Source of the DNA: Verrucomicrobiia bacterium
GTDB lineage: Bacteria > Verrucomicrobiota > Verrucomicrobiia > Limisphaerales > UBA1319
DNA length: 64,000 nucleotides
Reading direction: 5' to 3'
NCBI GenBank assembly: GCA_963664225.1
Contig: OY760937.1
Coordinates: forward strand, 960,001-1,024,000
In this document: piece after piece, positions 59,244-64,000 of the stretch
Layout of the letters: each line of letters begins with the position of its first letter
How positions within the stretch are numbered: the first letter of the stretch is position 1
Program-made: the position numbers and the translations under genes
Notes under the pieces: model-generated
What the model was told of the DNA's origin: nothing
Database searches by the model: none
Seen by the model: only the letters and a program-made list of their open reading frames with translations

Positions 59244-61508
59244 CTATTGGTTTTCGAGCGTGCGCTGGTTCAATAAACGATAACGATAGAGTGATTGCCC
59301 AATGAGACGGCTTCCTTCGATGGTTTCCCGATACGGAGTGTCGGCAACATCGATGAATCCGATCTGGTAATTCTCCTCATCATAGACACGTCCGGTTACC
59401 GGTTCGTCCTGATATTGGAACCAGTGGCAGCCGACAAAGGAGGGGTGATTCAAAACGCCGCGCACATAGCTCGCATAGGCTTCCGCGCGGGCCTTCTGGC
59501 TGGGTGTGGAAACCAGACCTGTATGGAACATGCCCCGATCCAACGCGCCAAAATGGAACTCTCCGATGATGAGCGGGACATCGGCGTTACCATTGAATTT
59601 GAAGTCGGCAACGCTGCGTTGATAAAGGTTGTAGCTCACAACATCGCAAAACTCAGCCGCTGCGGCCGCCGCATTGGAGTTGACCCATGCAAAACGGCAG
59701 CCCAGATAGAGTTGATTGGGCGCGGCTTCCTTGATGGTGTCCCGGACGGTTTTGAAGTATAGCCGGGCGATTCTGGAATAAAAGCTAAGCAGGTCCACTT
59801 TTGCCTTCTCCTTGTCTGGAGTTGTGCGGCCTTCCAGCAAGGCATTCCATGAGTCAAACGTGGTTCCCCAAGTTTCGTTGAGCTTCGCAATTCCAGTGTA
59901 TTTGGTTTTTAGATCCGAGATGAAAGCGATTTTGGCAGGTTGACCGGCCGGACAACGCAGAGTGGCCAGCGCCAGGGAGGACTCATCGCCCCAGGACATT
60001 TCGTTGTCGGCGAAATAGCCCAGGCACCAGGGATCGCCGGCGCTGCCGCCGACCTTCCCGGCCATCGCTTTGCGCAAGCCTTCCTTGAATTGAGACGCGA
60101 ATACGTCCGGGAACTGTCCCCAATAGCCTTCGCTGGCGGCAATTCTTGGGGTGTCGTGCGTGCCTATGGCATCCACGTAGGGTGTGCGTTTCGGCCGATT
60201 TACATCGTTTTGGCCGGAAGTTGCGGAGCGGACCGGCCGGAACAGTGCGCCATCGGACCACATGCCGATGGTGTTCAAACCCCAACTCCGAAGACGGGTG
60301 TGAACGATGGGAATGAGGGCGCTTTTATAGTCGGTTCCGTATTTACGTTGGGAATTGGCTCCAGAGAATGAAAAGCATGCGGGTGTTTTACCTGCATAAT
60401 GTCCTTTGAGCGCATAGCCTTTGCCAAGGAATGCGGTGAATTCCGGCTTGTCGCCCGGAAACTCTTCGAACCAAGAGGCGCGTTCGTCGATGGGTGTGGT
60501 ATCTCTGGACAGCACGCAGTCGATGCCTTGGGAGAAAAAGAGTCGTCCATCGGGATCCACCAGCCACCATTTTTCCTTGTATTTTTCAGTGCGGAAGAAG
60601 CCGGTGCCTTTGAGCTGAGGGCCGGAAATCCATCCGCCGTATTGATCCCAATCCGATGGGCCTGGATTGGCGTTCAATTCCGCGGCTTCACGTTGTCGCC
60701 GTTCGATGAGTTCCTTCTCAGAATGTGTTTTGCCCGGCCAGTCCTTGTGGCGGTATTGTCCAAAAGTATCAATGAAAGGGAAGAATGGCGTCGAGTCGTT
60801 GATCCCTGCCGTGGGCGATGTGTAAACGCCTGAGGCCTGAACGGAAACCACTTCAAAAGTTTGGTTCACGGTCGGGTTTGACACGAAGAGCAGCAACTGG
60901 GTGATGTTGGCCGGATCCACGGTGTCTTCACCGCCATAACCCACAGGGTATCCCCGCATTCCAAAGAGTTTTCCGCCGAGCTTGTCGGAGCTGTTGCGCT
61001 TTAATTCGACATGGATTGCGCCGGTTTTGCCGGGATCCAGGCTGACCGAGTCGGTGCGACAGTTTTTGGTGCCATCTGCGCCGGGATTATCGACACGGCA
61101 ATTCAAAGTGGCCCGGTTCGTGCCAGTGTTCTTCACAGAAACGCTGATTTGTGCAAAGGAGGAGAGGTTCCAGTGGCCTTCAGGAGCCTTGAGTGTGATG
61201 CCCGGCCAGGTGGTCTTATGGCCCAGTTCCATTTTCAAGGCTGTGCCCTGAGCCGATTTTTCCAGTGAATAACCCGCATCATTGGTGAGAATGTTGCCCG
61301 GGCTAATCGAATCAAACGCAAAGAGGTTTGTGACGCTGATGGCGCGGGACGAGGATGTTTCATTGGCTTGCTCGCTTTGTGCCTGTGCCGTCCCGGACCA
61401 CAGCGCGGCTGTCAACGTTCCCATGACGAGTATTCGGGCAGGCCGGGTGTGAAGTCGGGGGGGCACGGAATCAAGCCAGGACCGGGCGACGGAAACGAGG
61501 ATGTTCAT
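59244..61508 (-). CDS. GH50-family glycoside hydrolase (beta-agarase-like) with N-terminal CBM-like domain
   Basis: IDTFGQY, KWWLVDPDG, RSWGLNTIG, FADNEMSWG, IIGEFHFGALDRG and HWFQYQD. Confidence 0.82.
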   Translation of the reverse strand: MNILVSVARSWLDSVPPRLHTRPARILVMGTLTAALWSGTAQAQSEQANETSSSRAISVTNLFAFDSISPGNILTNDAGYSLEKSAQGTALKMELGHKTTWPGITLKAPEGHWNLSSFAQISVSVKNTGTNRATLNCRVDNPGADGTKNCRTDSVSLDPGKTGAIHVELKRNSSDKLGGKLFGMRGYPVGYGGEDTVDPANITQLLLFVSNPTVNQTFEVVSVQASGVYTSPTAGINDSTPFFPFIDTFGQYRHKDWPGKTHSEKELIERRQREAAELNANPGPSDWDQYGGWISGPQLKGTGFFRTEKYKEKWWLVDPDGRLFFSQGIDCVLSRDTTPIDERASWFEEFPGDKPEFTAFLGKGYALKGHYAGKTPACFSFSGANSQRKYGTDYKSALIPIVHTRLRSWGLNTIGMWSDGALFRPVRSATSGQNDVNRPKRTPYVDAIGTHDTPRIAASEGYWGQFPDVFASQFKEGLRKAMAGKVGGSAGDPWCLGYFADNEMSWGDESSLALATLRCPAGQPAKIAFISDLKTKYTGIAKLNETWGTTFDSWNALLEGRTTPDKEKAKVDLLSFYSRIARLYFKTVRDTIKEAAPNQLYLGCRFAWVNSNAAAAAAEFCDVVSYNLYQRSVADFKFNGNADVPLIIGEFHFGALDRGMFHTGLVSTPSQKARAEAYASYVRGVLNHPSFVGCHWFQYQDEPVTGRVYDEENYQIGFIDVADTPYRETIEGSRLIGQSLYRYRLLNQRTLENQ

Positions 61509-61605
61509 GGAACTCAGAGTAATATTCCAACTGGCGGGGGAACAGTCCAAAATTTGTCTGACGGAACTTTTTTGACACCCGGGCTGTGGTATCTATGGTG
61601 TGTTC

Positions 61606-62709
61606 ATGCGCAGTGTTAAAGTGCCCTTGGGGAAACGCAGTTATTCCATAGAAATCGGACCGGACCTCCTGGCGGGGTTGGGTGCGGAGTGTGTTCACCT
61701 TGGAATGGGTCGGCGCTGCGCCATTATCGCCGATGCACATGTGGCTCCGCTTTACGGTGAATTGGCGCGCACTTCGCTGTTTAAGGTGGGATTTGAGGTT
61801 GAATCCATTGATATACCGGCAGGGGAAACGGCCAAACAGTTGAAGACCGTTCATGCGTGTTATGACCGTCTGGCCGAACACCGGATCGAGCGCAAATCTT
61901 TCATCGTGGCCTTGGGCGGTGGGGTTACGGGGGACATGGCGGGCTTTGTTGCGGCCACCTATTTGCGCGGTATCGATTTTGTGCAAGTCCCCACGACGCT
62001 GCTGGCCCAGGTGGATAGCTCAGTGGGTGGAAAAGTGGGTGTCAATCTCAAGGCCGGGAAAAATCTCGTGGGTGCCTTTTACCAGCCGCGCCTGGTGCTG
62101 TGCGATTTGTCCACTCTGAAAACTCTGCCGGAACGCGAGTTTCGGGCTGGCATGGCCGAGGTGATCAAATACGGGGTGATTTACGACGCGGCCTTTTTTG
62201 AACGGCTGGAAAAGTCGCTACCACAAATCATGGCCCATGAACCGGCGATCATGGCCGAAGTCATCGCGCGCTGCTGCGAAATCAAGGCTGAGGTGGTGGG
62301 GCAGGATGAAACGGAGAGCGGGTTGCGGGCCGTTTTGAATTTCGGTCACACCGTGGGACACGCCCTGGAGGCGATCACCGGTTACGGCACCTATCTTCAC
62401 GGGGAGGCGCTATCCATCGGCCTCGTTGCCGCCTCTAAAATATCAGAAAAGCTGACCGGTTTTTCGTCGGCGGATACCGCACGTCTTGCCCGTTTATTGC
62501 AGCAAGTTGGACTGCCGGTTTCAGTGAGGCTGACTGCCGCGCGACAAAACCGCCTGTTGGCGGCAATGCAACTCGACAAGAAGGTCAGCGGTGGCGAGGT
62601 GAAGTTTGTTCTGGCGCAGAAAATCGGCCAGGTCAGTCATGGACAGCGCGTTCCCCAGGATGTGTTGATCGAAGTTCTCAAAAACATCAGTGCGAGCGCG
62701 GGACGATAA
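61606..62709 (+). CDS. aroB: 3-dehydroquinate synthase
   Basis: GGGVTGD, PTTLLAQVDSSVGGK, LNFGHTVGHALE and HGEA. Confidence 0.97.
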   Translation: MRSVKVPLGKRSYSIEIGPDLLAGLGAECVHLGMGRRCAIIADAHVAPLYGELARTSLFKVGFEVESIDIPAGETAKQLKTVHACYDRLAEHRIERKSFIVALGGGVTGDMAGFVAATYLRGIDFVQVPTTLLAQVDSSVGGKVGVNLKAGKNLVGAFYQPRLVLCDLSTLKTLPEREFRAGMAEVIKYGVIYDAAFFERLEKSLPQIMAHEPAIMAEVIARCCEIKAEVVGQDETESGLRAVLNFGHTVGHALEAITGYGTYLHGEALSIGLVAASKISEKLTGFSSADTARLARLLQQVGLPVSVRLTAARQNRLLAAMQLDKKVSGGEVKFVLAQKIGQVSHGQRVPQDVLIEVLKNISASAGR

Positions 62710-62791
62710 TGGCGGACACTTTGACGATGCAAAGTTTTTGGATTGCAGTTGGGCATTTAATAAAAAACTCAAAAGGATGACAATGAGAGGC

Positions 62792-64000
62792 ATGAATATA
62801 CTGAGGATTGTTGCAGTGCTGCAACTGGGTTGGATGGCGGTGACTCAGACGATGGCGGCGGACGCACCGCTCTACAAGGAAATCTACCGTCCGCAATTTC
62901 ATTTTACCGCGCAGTCGAACTGGCTCAACGATCCCAATGGGCTGGTGTTTTACAAGGGCGAGTATCATTTGTTTTTTCAACACAATCCCAAAAGCACGGA
63001 GTGGGGGAACATGACCTGGGGCCATGCGATCAGCCCTGATCTCGTGCATTGGAAGCAGCTCGATCACGCGCTCATGCCCGACCGGTTGGGGACCATGTTT
63101 TCAGGTTCCGGCGCTGTGGATGTGAACAACAGCGCCGGATACCAGACCGGGCGCGAGAAGACCCTTGTTTTTCTTTATACTGCGGCGGGTGGCACATCGC
63201 CCGAGTCTCAAGGACAGCCATTCAGCCAATGTCTGGCTTATAGCACCGACCGGGGTCGCACCCTTGTGAAGTATGAGGGCAATCCAGTTCTGACGGTGCG
63301 CGCGGATCATCGCGATCCCAAGGTGTTCTGGCATCAACCCACAAAAAAATGGATCATGGCGCTGTATGTCCCGATGCCGGATGAGAGCCGGAAAAATGCC
63401 AAGGGCGAGCCTGAAACCGTTCACACACTCCAGTATTTCTCATCCGATAATTTGAAGCATTGGACCTTTTTGAGCCGGATGGATGGAATTTTTGAGTGTC
63501 CGGATACCTTTGAGCTGGCTGTGGATGGCAAGAAGAGCAACACCCGCTGGGTGGCGTTTGGGGCCGATGGCGAATACGTGGTTGGCACCTTCAACGGCCG
63601 GGAGTTTATCCGTGAAGGCGGAAAATACATTGGCGATTACGGCGCGAATTTCTACGCCGCCCAGACTTACAGCGATATTCCCGCGCGCGATGGACGACGC
63701 GTCCTTGTCGGCTGGATGCGCGGTGGGAGGTATCCCGGAATGCCGTTCAACCAGCAGATGGCTTTTCCAAGCACATTGACATTGCGCACGACGCCAGAAG
63801 GCATCCGCCTATGCAAGTGGCCAGTCAAGGAGATCTCAAACCTCGTTACAAAGAAGCATGACTGGAAGAACCTGAACCTGGAGGGAACCGTCAATCCATT
63901 GGAGAAAATCCAGGGCGATTGTTTCGATATCGAGGCTGTCATCGAGCCGGGCAAAGCGAGCGAAGTGTGGTTTGACGTTCGCGGCACTCCAGTTGTCTGG
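62792..64000 (+). CDS. GH32 glycoside hydrolase (levanase/beta-fructosidase), runs off the window
   Basis: Not in the ORF track. Manual translation shows a signal peptide, YRPQFHF, WLNDPNG, WGHA, FSGS, RDPKV, FECP and FYAAQ. Confidence 0.92.
   Translation, partial: MNILRIVAVLQLGWMAVTQTMAADAPLYKEIYRPQFHFTAQSNWLNDPNGLVFYKGEYHLFFQHNPKSTEWGNMTWGHAISPDLVHWKQLDHALMPDRLGTMFSGSGAVDVNNSAGYQTGREKTLVFLYTAAGGTSPESQGQPFSQCLAYSTDRGRTLVKYEGNPVLTVRADHRDPKVFWHQPTKKWIMALYVPMPDESRKNAKGEPETVHTLQYFSSDNLKHWTFLSRMDGIFECPDTFELAVDGKKSNTRWVAFGADGEYVVGTFNGREFIREGGKYIGDYGANFYAAQTYSDIPARDGRRVLVGWMRGGRYPGMPFNQQMAFPSTLTLRTTPEGIRLCKWPVKEISNLVTKKHDWKNLNLEGTVNPLEKIQGDCFDIEAVIEPGKASEVWFDVRGTPVVW

Overview
64-kb chromosomal window from a GC-rich bacterium, inferred to be an anaerobic Verrucomicrobiota lineage (Pedosphaerales/Limisphaerales-like). 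The inference rests on an H-X-DG prepilin-type protein, a DUF6807/PmoA-like protein, Tat-exported Gfo/Idh/MocA enzymes, GTAG-type REP hairpins and a TGTTC-N4-GAACA-like LexA box. Most genes are housekeeping or carbohydrate-related: capD/wza/wzc/O-antigen ligase, etfBA, menA, gmhB/rfaE1, thiG, secA, folP-cdaA-cdaR-glmM, ubiD-like, nfnAB, GH50, aroB and GH32. Highlights: (1) A 1614-bp IS110 element with a CT core is inserted in frame into a PAS histidine kinase. Its left non-coding end holds a promoter and a two-loop bridge RNA whose guides match the insertion site and the element's own donor junction. (2) A lexA-led cassette encodes a single 1448-aa polypeptide that fuses a DinB-like Y-family polymerase with intact catalytic motifs to DnaE2. 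(3) A secreted 96-aa peptide is built from 8-residue Cys-Thr-Asn repeats. (4) A ~171-bp element occurs twice, each copy ending at a GTAG REP, with both RNA-like and small-ORF-like conservation. (5) An archaeal-type adenylate kinase and a GIDE-LemA fusion are present. No rRNA, tRNA or CRISPR array was seen. All calls come from manual motif recognition; no database searches were run.
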